A stretch of DNA of 64,000 nucleotides from an uncultured Aquimarina sp. (lineage in GTDB: Bacteria > Bacteroidota > Bacteroidia > Flavobacteriales > Flavobacteriaceae): positions 931,975-995,974 of the forward strand of contig NZ_CANLOZ010000001.1 of assembly GCF_947492965.1 (NCBI RefSeq). The letters run 5' to 3'. The position numbers were made by a program, and so were the translations under genes. The stretch's first letter is position 1, and every line of letters begins with the position of its first letter. Under the pieces are notes generated by a model. The model was given only the letters and a program-made list of their open reading frames with translations. It was not told the DNA's origin and did not search any database. Positions 37,247-47,407 of this stretch are shown here, in pieces.

Positions 37247-38434
37247 TTAACTAACAGCTTTTTTAATTCTGTCTATAGCTTCAGTAATTTGTTCAGTACT
37301 TGCAGCATAAGATATTCTGATGCAGTTTCCGTTTCCAAAAGCATCTCCAGTAACAGTAGCAACATTTGCTTTCTCTAATAAGAACATAGAAAAGTCTGAA
37401 GCGTTATTAATAGTAGTGCCATCGATTGTTTTTCCAAAATAATAAGAGATGTCTGGGAATACGTAAAAAGCTCCTTCGGGTTCATTACATTCGAAACCAG
37501 GTATTGCTGCTAATAAATCTAAAATTAGTTTTCTACGGTTTTTAAACTCATCAACCATATATTGGATATTGCTTACAGGAGCTTCTAAAGCGGTAATAAC
37601 TGCTCTTTGGGCAATACAATTGGCTCCACTAGTTACCTGACCTTGCATTTTGTTACAAGCTCTAGCAATGTCTTGTGGTGCTCCAATATAACCTATTCTC
37701 CATCCTGTCATCGCAAATGCTTTGGCAACACCGTTTACCGTAACAGTTCTATCGTACATATCTTCGAATTGAGCCATAGATGCATGATCTCCTACATAAT
37801 TGATGTGCTCATAGATTTCATCACTAACTACGATAATGTCTGGATATTTTTGTAGCACATCTGCCAATGCCCTTAATTCATCCTTGCTGTATATAGATCC
37901 ACTAGGATTACAAGGAGAACTGTACCATATCATTTTGGTCTTAGGTGTAATTGCGTTTTCTAGTTGCTCAGCGGTCATTTTAAAATCATTCTCTATAGAA
38001 GTTTTTACCTCCACAGGAACGCCTTCTGCAAGTTTTACAATATCACTATAACTTACCCAATAAGGACAAGGAAGTATAACTTCATCACCAGGGTTTAGGT
38101 ATACCTGTGCAACATTGTACAAAGATTGTTTTGCACCTGTAGACACTACAATCTGAGAACGATCATACGTTAGGTTGTTATCTCTTTTAAATTTTGTGAT
38201 GATTGCGTCCTTTAATTCTACATATCCATCTACTGGTGTATAAGAATTGTAGTTATCGTTAACAGCCTGAATGGCTGCGTCTTTTATAAAATCCGGAGTA
38301 TTAAAGTCTGGCTCACCCAAACTTAAACCGATAATATCTTTACCTTCTGCTCTTAATTCTCTAGCCTTAGCTGCCATTGCTAAGGTTGCAGAGGCCTTTA
38401 ATTTGTTGATTTTGTCTGATAATTGAATACTCAT
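37247..38434 (-). CDS. aspC: Class I/II PLP-dependent aminotransferase (aspartate aminotransferase-like)
   Basis: LSLGEPDF, NPSG, SDEIY, GVAKAFAMTGWRIG motifs; alternative start at 38455. Confidence 0.9.
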   Translation of the reverse strand: MSIQLSDKINKLKASATLAMAAKARELRAEGKDIIGLSLGEPDFNTPDFIKDAAIQAVNDNYNSYTPVDGYVELKDAIITKFKRDNNLTYDRSQIVVSTGAKQSLYNVAQVYLNPGDEVILPCPYWVSYSDIVKLAEGVPVEVKTSIENDFKMTAEQLENAITPKTKMIWYSSPCNPSGSIYSKDELRALADVLQKYPDIIVVSDEIYEHINYVGDHASMAQFEDMYDRTVTVNGVAKAFAMTGWRIGYIGAPQDIARACNKMQGQVTSGANCIAQRAVITALEAPVSNIQYMVDEFKNRRKLILDLLAAIPGFECNEPEGAFYVFPDISYYFGKTIDGTTINNASDFSMFLLEKANVATVTGDAFGNGNCIRISYAASTEQITEAIDRIKKAVS

Positions 38435-38477
38435 TTCCGATACTTGTGTGCTCATTTTGGTAATTGATAAATAAAAG

Positions 38478-39587
38478 TTATGATTGCATAGCAGGTTTCA
38501 TTCCCATCTGTTTTAGATGTTTAAAATGGGCGATAATCGCTTTGCGAGTAGTCTTATATTCATTATATGGTAAATTAAACTCCTGTGCTGTTTGTTTTAC
38601 AATCTTAGAGATTTTGGTATAATGAATGTGACTAATATGTGGAAAAATGTGGTGTTCCACTTGATGGTTTAATCCTCCAGTAAACCAGTTAATTAATCTA
38701 TTTTTGGTTGAGAAATTTACAGTGGTGAATAATTGATGTATCGCCCATGTGTTTTTCATAGTGCCAGTAGTGTCTGGTAAAGGCATTTGAGCTTCTTCCA
38801 CCATATGCGCCAACTGGAATATGATACTTAATATCAAACCAGCTACATAATGCATTACGAAAAAACCGATGAGGATTTTCCACCATGCGATGGACATAAT
38901 CACCATTGGTACTACGATCCAAATTAGAAGGTAAATAATTTTTGTTATAACAATAGTGCTCCACTGTTTTATAGGGCTAGGAAGTTTACCATAAGCTAAT
39001 TTTCGAGCTAGGTATCTTTTAGTTTGTTTAAAATCTGTTGTTAATGCCCAATTAAAAGTCAGTAAGCCATATAAAAAAACAGAGTAGTAATGCTGAAATT
39101 TATGAAACTTCATCCATTTAGCATGTTTTGTAAAACGAATAATTCTACCAGCATCCATATCTTCATCATGACCGTGAATATTGGTGTAAGTGTGATGTAA
39201 AACATTATGTTGTACCTGCCAATTATATACATTTCCAGCAAGAATATACATGCTACTTCCCATTAGTTTGTTGATCCACTTTTTAGAAGAATAAGATCCG
39301 TGGTTTCCATCATGCATAACATTCATACCAACTCCTGCCATACCAATACCCATTATAACGGTAAGCAAAAGCATCCACCATTGTGATATATCAAGGGTAA
39401 GTATGAGAAAATATGGGGTTAAGAATATCGAAAACATGATAATTGTTTTCAAATGTAGCTTCCAGTTTCCCGTTCGTTTAATATTATTTTCTTTGAAATA
39501 TTGATTCACTCGCTTATTCAGAGTTCTGAAAAATTTTGCTGAATCAACTCTGCTAAATTTCACATTAGGTGTAGTCATGGGTTTCAT
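38478..39587 (-). CDS. Fatty acid (acyl-CoA) desaturase
   Basis: HDGNH, HNVLHH and QVEHH boxes. Confidence 0.93.
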   Translation of the reverse strand: MKPMTTPNVKFSRVDSAKFFRTLNKRVNQYFKENNIKRTGNWKLHLKTIIMFSIFLTPYFLILTLDISQWWMLLLTVIMGIGMAGVGMNVMHDGNHGSYSSKKWINKLMGSSMYILAGNVYNWQVQHNVLHHTYTNIHGHDEDMDAGRIIRFTKHAKWMKFHKFQHYYSVFLYGLLTFNWALTTDFKQTKRYLARKLAYGKLPSPIKQWSTIVITKIIYLLIWIVVPMVIMSIAWWKILIGFFVMHYVAGLILSIIFQLAHMVEEAQMPLPDTTGTMKNTWAIHQLFTTVNFSTKNRLINWFTGGLNHQVEHHIFPHISHIHYTKISKIVKQTAQEFNLPYNEYKTTRKAIIAHFKHLKQMGMKPAMQS

Positions 39588-39715
39588 ATTTATGACTTAA
39601 CGGTATTCGTCATACTTTATTCGGTAAAGTTAGGTATTTATATTTTTTTAACTTCTTAAAAAGTAGTAAAATATATCCAAGTTTAGATGTATTTTTGCGC
39701 TTTAAAAATTAGTCC

Positions 39716-40345
39716 ATGGATATTCTACATAAATATTTCCCCGATCTAACTGATGATCAAAAAGAAAAATTTGAAAGGCTTGGTGATTTGTATAAAGATT
39801 GGAACGCTAAGATTAATGTAATATCCAGAAAAGATATTGATTTACTATATGAACGACATGTTTTGCATTCACTGGGTATAGCAAAAGTTGAACAATTTAA
39901 ACCTGGAGCTAAAGTCTTAGATGTGGGTACTGGAGGAGGATTTCCAGGTGTGCCTTTGGCTATTTTATTTCCAGAAACTGAATTTTACTTAGTAGATGTG
40001 ATTGCAAAAAAGATTCGAGTTGTAAATGAAGTGGTAAAAGCATTGGGGTTGACTAATGTAAAAGCGGAACAAAGAAGAGCAGGAACTTTTGATGAACGTT
40101 TTGATTTTATCGTAAGCAGGGCTGTAACTAATATGCCAGATTTTGTAAAATGGATTCGAAAGAATATCACTAAAAAGTCTAATCATCAATTGTCTAATGG
40201 AATACTATATTTAAAAGGAGGTGATCTTACCGAAGAACTTTCCGCATTTCCAAAAGCGAATCAATACGATTTGTCGGATTATTTTGAAGAGGAGTTTTTT
40301 GAAACCAAAAAAGTGGTGTACATGCCATTAAAATATAAGTTATAA
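39716..40345 (+). CDS. rsmG: 16S rRNA m7G527 methyltransferase
   Basis: INVISRK, HVLHSL, DVGTGGGFPG and SRAV motifs; TATTTTTG promoter at 39690. Confidence 0.97.
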   Translation: MDILHKYFPDLTDDQKEKFERLGDLYKDWNAKINVISRKDIDLLYERHVLHSLGIAKVEQFKPGAKVLDVGTGGGFPGVPLAILFPETEFYLVDVIAKKIRVVNEVVKALGLTNVKAEQRRAGTFDERFDFIVSRAVTNMPDFVKWIRKNITKKSNHQLSNGILYLKGGDLTEELSAFPKANQYDLSDYFEEEFFETKKVVYMPLKYKL

Positions 40346-40428
40346 TAAAAAGAGTAAACAGGGAGAGTTCCTTATTAATTAGTAATTGCTAAAAACTACC
40401 GAGAAAACATACTTAACCACTTAAGAAT

Positions 40429-41034
40429 ATGAGAAAAACGCTGAGTATACTTCTAATTATTTTTTGTTCACTAACTGTTTTAGGTCAAAAAATTAAAACA
40501 GCTTCTGGAGATATTTCTGTGCTTGCGGGAGAAAAAGAACTGTCAGTTACTTTTGGGTATGATAATATAAAGGTGCATGGTTATGAAACAGAAGAGGAGT
40601 TTATAGAAGATAAAATGCGAATACGAGAAAGGCATAAACCTGGATCTGGCGCTGGCGAAAGGTTCAAAGGTTCTTGGTTTGCCGATAGAGATACTGTATA
40701 TGCACCAATGTTTATCGAAAACTTGAATTATGCAATACCTAAAAAAAGAAAAATCAAAGTTTCAGAAAATAATCCTGAAGCAAAATATAATTTGCATGTA
40801 GAAACATTGTGGGTGTATCCTGGGTATAATGTAGGTTTTTCACAGCCTTGTAAGATAGAAGTGGCACTTAAAATATATGAAATAGCTAACCCTGATAACG
40901 TTGTCTGGGAGTCCAAATCACCTTTGCGTATTGAGGCTAAGTTAGCTCCGTATAAGAGAGAAATTAGAATAGGTGCTGCTTATGGTGCTTTAGCTATGAA
41001 ATTGTCTTGGTTTTTAAGGAAAAAAGCAAAGTGA
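40429..41034 (+). CDS. Hypothetical exported protein
   Basis: Signal peptide ending VLG-Q; no recognised family. Confidence 0.75.
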   Translation: MRKTLSILLIIFCSLTVLGQKIKTASGDISVLAGEKELSVTFGYDNIKVHGYETEEEFIEDKMRIRERHKPGSGAGERFKGSWFADRDTVYAPMFIENLNYAIPKKRKIKVSENNPEAKYNLHVETLWVYPGYNVGFSQPCKIEVALKIYEIANPDNVVWESKSPLRIEAKLAPYKREIRIGAAYGALAMKLSWFLRKKAK

Positions 41035-41114
41035 GGTTTCTTGTTTTTGTAAAGTCAAAGAAAATAAAAATTCATTTTTTTTAATAGAAAATAAACAATA
41101 ACTAATTCTGAGGG

Positions 41115-41576
41115 TCAATTTTTTAAATTAACTCTCATTTTTACAAGATATTTTTCAAAACCTGCTTTTTCATACGCCTTAATGGCGCGAGGATTTTGAT
41201 CATATACATCTAAGTGGAGTTCATAGATTTCTTTTGAGCGGAACCAATCTGATAAATATTTTATTATATTTTGACTTACTCCCATTCCTCGATAATCTTC
41301 CTTAACAAACATAAATCCTATATATCCCATCGTCGTTTCTTTGAAAAACACTTTTCGATCTCTTATCTGTCCATAACCGCTGCCTACTATTTCTCCATTA
41401 ATTTCTGCAACAGCTACTTCAGTATGATCTGCTGTAATGTATTCAGAAAGGTCATAATAATTTATTTTTTCTGAAGTAATTAAAGTTGGGTCCATTGGGA
41501 TTTCTGTTTTTATAATTTCTTGTTCGAAATCTAACAGAATAGGCAGATCTTTAATTTTTGCTGGACGTATAATCAT
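41115..41576 (-). CDS. GNAT family N-acetyltransferase
   Basis: FVKEDYRGMG and NPRAIKAYEKAGF motifs. Confidence 0.92.
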   Translation of the reverse strand: MIIRPAKIKDLPILLDFEQEIIKTEIPMDPTLITSEKINYYDLSEYITADHTEVAVAEINGEIVGSGYGQIRDRKVFFKETTMGYIGFMFVKEDYRGMGVSQNIIKYLSDWFRSKEIYELHLDVYDQNPRAIKAYEKAGFEKYLVKMRVNLKN

Positions 41577-41580
41577 AGGG

Positions 41581-42006
41581 TTATTTCTTCTTAAAAATAC
41601 TAATCATTAAATGTATAAACAAAATAGGTTGTACCAAGGTTACTAATGATAAAAGTATTAGTTGAGTAATAATAAGATTATCGTTATATGACCATTTTGA
41701 TTCGGAAGAAAAAATATAAGGAACCAATGTAAATAAAAGAAGTCCACCAATTGTTCCTATAATATGAATGTAAGTAAGTATTAAATTTTTTGTTTTATTC
41801 AATTTGTGAATTGTAAAATAAGTCAACCCAATACCAAGAAATAAAAGGGACATAAGCAAAAAAACATGAAACCAAGAGATTACGTAATAGGTGTCATGTA
41901 TATTGATATCTAAAGTGTCATTCTGAAAATAAAAACCGTATATCGTCATAAATAGAGATAATACCCAAAATGAGATATACGGTTTGCTTGTAATATGTTT
42001 TAGCAT
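41581..42006 (-). CDS. Small membrane protein resembling the C-terminal helices of cytochrome c oxidase subunit I
   Basis: DINIHDTYYVISWFH resembles COX1 D-x-x-LHDTYFVVAHFH. Confidence 0.6.
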   Translation of the reverse strand: MLKHITSKPYISFWVLSLFMTIYGFYFQNDTLDINIHDTYYVISWFHVFLLMSLLFLGIGLTYFTIHKLNKTKNLILTYIHIIGTIGGLLLFTLVPYIFSSESKWSYNDNLIITQLILLSLVTLVQPILFIHLMISIFKKK

Positions 42007-42009
42007 TTA

Positions 42010-43638
42010 CTATTCTCCTAAAAATGGATATCTATAGTCTGCTGGTGAAATAAATGTTTCTTTTATCGTACGAGGAGATACCCAACGTAATAGGTTTAGG
42101 TATGATCCTGCTTTATCATTAGTACCCGAAGCTCTTGCTCCTCCAAATGGTTGTTGTCCTACAACAGCACCGGTTGGTTTGTCATTGATATAGAAGTTTC
42201 CAGCAGCATTTTCTAACGCTTTAGTGGCTTCTGCAGCTGCATATCTATCTGTAGAGAAAATAGCACCTGTTAAAGCATATTCACTAGTTTGATCAACTAA
42301 TTTTAAAGTTTCTTCCCATTGATTGTCATCGTATACATAGATTGTAATCACAGGTCCAAAAAGTTCAGTACACATTGTGGTGTATTTTGGATCTTCTGTA
42401 AGAATCACCGTTGGTTCTATAAAGTATCCTTTTGACTTGTCATACCCACCGCCAGCAATAATTGTAGCATTATCATCTTCTTTAGCTTGATCAATATACT
42501 TAGCAAGTTTATCGAATGATCCTTCATGAATTACAGCAGTAATGAAATTGCTCATATCCTCTGGAGATCCCATTTTGAAGGATTTGATGTCTGCCAATAA
42601 GAATTTTTCTACATCGCTCCACAAGCTTTTTGGTATATAAGCTCTGGAAGCAGCACTACATTTTTGTCCTTGGAATTCGAAAGCTCCTCTGGAAATACCA
42701 GTTGCTACTTGTTTTGCATTCGCACTTGGATGTGCAACAATAAAATCTTTACCTCCAGTCTCGCCTACGATTCTAGGGTAGGTTTTATAGTTGTGGATAT
42801 TGGTTCCAATTTTAGCCCAAATGTCTTTAAATACATGAGTACTTCCCGTAAAGTGGATACCAGCAAAATCCGGACTTGCTAATACAGTATCTGTTATCAT
42901 CACAGGATCACCATATACTACATTGATTACTCCATCAGGAACTCCGGCTTCTTTGAAAATATCAACAATTACTTTTGCAGAATATATTTGACTATCACTT
43001 GGTTTCCATACAACAGTGTTTCCCATTAACGCAGCACTCGCAGGTAGATTTCCTGATATTGCAGTAAAGTTAAAAGGGGTAATTGCATATACGAAACCTT
43101 CTAATGGTCTATATTCTAATCTATTCCAAGCTCCAGAAGTAGAGTCTGGTTGATCTTCATAGATCTGAGTCATAAATTCTACATTAAATCTTAAGAAGTC
43201 TATAAATTCACAAGCTGCATCAATTTCAGCCTGAAAAATATTTTTTGATTGCGCTAACATCGTCGCTGCATTAATCTTTGCTCTGTAAGGACCAGCAATT
43301 AATTCTGCAGCTCTTAAGAATACAGCAGCACGCTGTTCCCAAGCAAGATTTGCCCATTTTGTGCGAGCTTCTAACGCTGTGTCAATAGCTTTTTGTATAT
43401 GCTGTTTTTCAGCTTTATGATATGTTCCTAAAACATGTTTATGGTCGTGAGGAGGTGACATTGTTTCTGTGTCTCCAGTTCTGATTTCTTCTCCATTTAT
43501 ATAAAGAGGTACATCAATAGTAGTATTATACATTGATTTATAGGTTGCCAGAACTTCTTCTCTTTCTGGGGTTCCGGGAGCATATGACTTTACAGGCTCA
43601 TTGATAGCTGTTGGAACTTGAAAAAAACCTTTTCCCAT
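42010..43638 (-). CDS. pruA: L-glutamate gamma-semialdehyde (P5C) dehydrogenase
   Basis: ITPFNF, FTGS, ETGGKDF, QGQKCSA and ELFGP motifs. Confidence 0.96.
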   Translation of the reverse strand: MGKGFFQVPTAINEPVKSYAPGTPEREEVLATYKSMYNTTIDVPLYINGEEIRTGDTETMSPPHDHKHVLGTYHKAEKQHIQKAIDTALEARTKWANLAWEQRAAVFLRAAELIAGPYRAKINAATMLAQSKNIFQAEIDAACEFIDFLRFNVEFMTQIYEDQPDSTSGAWNRLEYRPLEGFVYAITPFNFTAISGNLPASAALMGNTVVWKPSDSQIYSAKVIVDIFKEAGVPDGVINVVYGDPVMITDTVLASPDFAGIHFTGSTHVFKDIWAKIGTNIHNYKTYPRIVGETGGKDFIVAHPSANAKQVATGISRGAFEFQGQKCSAASRAYIPKSLWSDVEKFLLADIKSFKMGSPEDMSNFITAVIHEGSFDKLAKYIDQAKEDDNATIIAGGGYDKSKGYFIEPTVILTEDPKYTTMCTELFGPVITIYVYDDNQWEETLKLVDQTSEYALTGAIFSTDRYAAAEATKALENAAGNFYINDKPTGAVVGQQPFGGARASGTNDKAGSYLNLLRWVSPRTIKETFISPADYRYPFLGE

Positions 43639-43800
43639 GATCTGATATATTTAGTTTGTAAGATGAGTACGTTTACTTAAAGCGGCAAAGATAGGAAATT
43701 AAAAAGGGCAATATTGATTTTAACCTTTTATAAACTTGAGTAAAGTATTGTATGTATTTTTTTCGTAAGTTGTACAAAATTTATCCGACCCAAAAGACCT

Positions 43801-44520
43801 ATGTGTACAGTAACTTTGATCCCCACCCAAGAAAACGGTTTTATATTAACCTCTAATAGAGATGAGGCAATTAATCGAAAAACGCTGGTTCCAGAGTTTT
43901 ATCAGATTAATAAGACTAGAATGCTTTTTCCTAAAGATGCGGTGGCTGGTGGTACTTGGATTGGTATCAGTGATAAAAATACGATGATTTGTTTGCTTAA
44001 TGGAGGTTTTAAAATTCATGAAAGACTTATTTCTTACAGGCAAAGTCGAGGAGTAGTGGTTAAGGACTTGTTGGGAGCGGATGATTTGGAACAAGCAATA
44101 GAATCATATGATTACAAAGGGATAGAACCATTTACCATCGTTGCAGCAAACTGGAGTTCGGATTTGAAGTTTTATGAATTAGTTTGGGATGGAAAACAAA
44201 AACATTTTAAACAGTTAGAAAAACAGACGCATATTTGGTCATCTTCAACTTTGTATACTCCAGAAATGAAAAGCACAAGAGAAAACTGGTTTGATGCATT
44301 TGAGCAAGAAAATACGTTGACTTCCCAATCTCTTTTGAATTTTCATAAAAATGCTGGAATCGGTGATAAAAATATCGATTTACAAATCGACAGAGGTTTT
44401 CTTAAAACTCGAAGCATCACTCAGGTAGTAAAAGATAATGAAGAAGAGCTTTCTATGCGATACGAAGATCTTCAAAATTCCAAAGTTCATACCATAGCTT
44501 TTGGTGCTATTACTGCTTAG
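43801..44520 (+). CDS. NRDE / TANGO2 family protein
   Basis: MCTVT Ntn-hydrolase-like start; SNRDE, GGTWIG and SRG motifs. Confidence 0.9.
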   Translation: MCTVTLIPTQENGFILTSNRDEAINRKTLVPEFYQINKTRMLFPKDAVAGGTWIGISDKNTMICLLNGGFKIHERLISYRQSRGVVVKDLLGADDLEQAIESYDYKGIEPFTIVAANWSSDLKFYELVWDGKQKHFKQLEKQTHIWSSSTLYTPEMKSTRENWFDAFEQENTLTSQSLLNFHKNAGIGDKNIDLQIDRGFLKTRSITQVVKDNEEELSMRYEDLQNSKVHTIAFGAITA

Positions 44521-44573
44521 TTAAATAGTATCTTATTGTTATATAAAAGAATTAAGGTTATTAATATTAAAAT

Positions 44574-45602
44574 GTGAAATCTGTGATGGATTACACGGGT
44601 AAAATAATTTCATTAGCATTTCCAGATACGTTTGTTAGATTTTCTGCCGAGGAGACTAAATCTACAAGTGTTTTGCAATTCTTAGGATTGGGAAAAAATG
44701 GTGTTATTAAGGCAGGTCATGCAGCGTTTGTCTTAATTGAAAATAAAACAGGAAATGCCGAGTATTACGATTTTGGTAGATATATTACGCCTCATGGGAA
44801 AGGTAGGGTACGTAGTGCAATTACAGATGTGGAATTAGAAATTCCATTTAAGGCCACGTTCTCTGATGATGGCGCTTTGACTAATCTGGATAAGTTTCTT
44901 GTTTGGTTAGAGGCGCATCCTGAGAAAACGCATGGAACTGGAAGATTGGTTGCTTCTGTTTGTGATTATATTAATTATGAAAAAGCCAAGTCTTACGTGG
45001 TTGAAATGCAGGATCGAGGAAGTATTCCGTATTCAACTTTTAGAAAAGAAGGCAGTAATTGCTCTAGAATTGTTACCGATACCATTTTGAATAGCACGGA
45101 TAAATCTCGTATCAGGACACCTTTACTCAGGAATAAATTATTTACACCTAGTCCTTTAGGGAATGTAGAAAAAGGATCTTTGAAGAATCAAATATTTCAG
45201 GTAGAGAATGGAGTTTTAATGGAGTATCCAAATTCCGTTTTAAAAGAAAATCTTACGAACTATTTTGATAAAAGAACTCCTGATATGGAATATTCTACTA
45301 ATATAAAGTTGCCAAATTCTTTAGAAAATGCTCATTATCTTTCTGGAATTGGGAGTAGTGCATATTTTACAATAAAAAAGTCATCCGAAGTATCAATGTT
45401 TGAAATTAGTAGATATACCGAACATGGAATTGAGGATTTTAGAGGTGTATTTAAGTCGAGTACTGTTTTTAGTCTAACCAAAGAATATAAGTTCGTATAT
45501 GATTCTAATTGTAAGTATTGTCATGTACAACAAGAAGGGAATAAAATACGTTTTGATTTAGTTAAAAAACTTAATTTAAAGCAAAAGGAGCACTTAGCTT
45601 AA
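44574..45602 (+). CDS. Conserved hypothetical protein (DUF6695-like)
   Basis: AGHAAFVLI...YYDFGRY and GSNCSR (possible His/Cys dyad); start may be ATG at 44586. Confidence 0.65.
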   Translation: MKSVMDYTGKIISLAFPDTFVRFSAEETKSTSVLQFLGLGKNGVIKAGHAAFVLIENKTGNAEYYDFGRYITPHGKGRVRSAITDVELEIPFKATFSDDGALTNLDKFLVWLEAHPEKTHGTGRLVASVCDYINYEKAKSYVVEMQDRGSIPYSTFRKEGSNCSRIVTDTILNSTDKSRIRTPLLRNKLFTPSPLGNVEKGSLKNQIFQVENGVLMEYPNSVLKENLTNYFDKRTPDMEYSTNIKLPNSLENAHYLSGIGSSAYFTIKKSSEVSMFEISRYTEHGIEDFRGVFKSSTVFSLTKEYKFVYDSNCKYCHVQQEGNKIRFDLVKKLNLKQKEHLA

Positions 45603-45957
45603 AGCTAGGAATGAAGACTTTAAACTTTCTAGTAGAAGTGAAGTTTACCATATTGTAGTGTCCTTTCATCGCTCCGAAAGGGGAACTTAAAAGACATCCA
45701 CTATTGTAAGTATGAGACTCTCCTGGTTTTAGTACTGGTTTTTTGCCAATAACACCCTCACCTTCTACAATTTCAGTATTACTTAATGCATCTTTTATTT
45801 TCCAAAATCTCGAAGTAAGTTGAACCGAATCTTTACTTTGATTTTCTATGGTGATGCGGTAACCAAAGGCAAAATGAATCTTATAGTTCTTAAAGAACGT
45901 GCCTTCAAAGGTAGTATCTACCGAAATTTTTATACCTCTTGTTATTTGCTCAACCAT
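45571..45957 (-). CDS. apaG: Co2+/Mg2+ efflux-associated protein ApaG
   Basis: QLTSRFWKI, VEGEGVIG and YNSGC motifs. Confidence 0.95.
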   Translation of the reverse strand: MVEQITRGIKISVDTTFEGTFFKNYKIHFAFGYRITIENQSKDSVQLTSRFWKIKDALSNTEIVEGEGVIGKKPVLKPGESHTYNSGCLLSSPFGAMKGHYNMVNFTSTRKFKVFIPSFKLSAPFALN

Positions 45958-45959
45958 TG

Positions 45960-47018
45960 TTAAAAAATAAAAATAGATCCTATAATAGCCACCATCGAAC
46001 CTATACTTGCTAAGATAAAAAATAATATGTTTACTAACAGAAATTTAACAATAGTTTTGGCTCTTTTTTGCTGATAAAAGTTACGCATAGCCTTATATAG
46101 ATAAAAAAGAAAAACAAACATAGCTATGCTAGAAGCAATTTCGCTATTTGTAATTTGATCTAGTAATATGGCAATCCCCATTAGAATAAAAAACATGGTT
46201 TGAGTATGAAAAGTAAATACCAGATGTTCCATGTAGTTAAAGGAGCGTCTAACGTAGATCAACCAAATGGTTAAAGCGAAAAAAGGAAGGAAGAAAAAAA
46301 TGATAAATGGAAGTTTGTTAAATACAAATTTCAAAAGTTCCATTGGATTTTCATTAAGATCTCCTGTTCTAATACTTCTTCTGTATAGATATTTGGTATA
46401 TCCACTTTTATTATGTTGCAAACTGTCTAGCGCCAAACTAGCTGATAACTGTCCTGTTTTTTTATAATGAGATTTGTAAGTTTTCCATCGACCTTTAGTT
46501 GCATTATATATGCTCATGGTGTCTAATTGAGCTTCATCATAATATACAAAATCTTCCTGCTCTTTATTTTGAGCGATAGTGTCTGTTTTGTTGCTTTCAT
46601 CGGTCAATGAAGGGCTCGATATTTTGACTTGAAATGCTTCTTTTTTATCTCTTTCCTCATGGTCTTCAAGGATTAAAGTGTCAAAATCAATAAACAATCC
46701 ACTAATAATAAAAAATATGATAGAGACACTGAGGTAAAACCTAAATGGGTTGGCGTATTTTATACGTTTTCCTTCGACATATTCTTTCGTAACCACTCCT
46801 GGTTTGAAAAGTAATCCCACGATGGTGTGTCTTAATCGAGAGTCGTAAGAAAAAATACTGGCAAAGAACTCGTTAAAAAAATCTTTAAACGAAAGTTTTT
46901 TGGTAGTGTTAATTTGGCCGCAATTATGACAATAACGATCTATAACATCCAAAGGAACTCCACAGTTTAAACATTCATTACCTCGATATTTTTTAAGAAA
47001 TCTCCCCTTTTCTTTCAT
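45960..47018 (-). CDS. DUF3667 domain membrane protein
   Basis: CLNC...YCHNCGQ zinc ribbon and RIKYANPFRFY motif. Confidence 0.85.
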   Translation of the reverse strand: MKEKGRFLKKYRGNECLNCGVPLDVIDRYCHNCGQINTTKKLSFKDFFNEFFASIFSYDSRLRHTIVGLLFKPGVVTKEYVEGKRIKYANPFRFYLSVSIIFFIISGLFIDFDTLILEDHEERDKKEAFQVKISSPSLTDESNKTDTIAQNKEQEDFVYYDEAQLDTMSIYNATKGRWKTYKSHYKKTGQLSASLALDSLQHNKSGYTKYLYRRSIRTGDLNENPMELLKFVFNKLPFIIFFFLPFFALTIWLIYVRRSFNYMEHLVFTFHTQTMFFILMGIAILLDQITNSEIASSIAMFVFLFYLYKAMRNFYQQKRAKTIVKFLLVNILFFILASIGSMVAIIGSIFIF

Positions 47019-47407
47019 GGTTAGCAGATGGTTTGCATAATGAGACTAAAGTAGTTGTATTTCGTTACAAAATAAAACAATTTCCAATGTCTTTAAAACT
47101 GGGTAAGTTGTTGCAAATATTTAAGTTCGAAATACGCAAACGATAGAATAAAAATGTAGGAAAAAATGATTATAACGTTTTAGTTGAATTTTGATAGTGT
47201 TTTTAAGCAATATTTTTAGGTTTTTATCGAAAAAAATAATTTTAACTTTATCGATTTAGGTTAGTTTAAGTATTTGAAAATAAGTCAGTTAAATTGATTT
47301 TAAAGCTTATGAAGGTATAGTGTTTAGAGAAGGTAAATGGTATTTTTGAGTAGTTAAATTACGGTTTAGCAACAATACTTTTTTTAAACAACTTAATAAA
47401 CCTTTAT

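Noticed and set aside
47223-47254. tttatcga direct repeat upstream of the 1167-aa gene
   Set aside because: Two 8-mers in very AT-rich DNA are too weak to call an operator without comparative data
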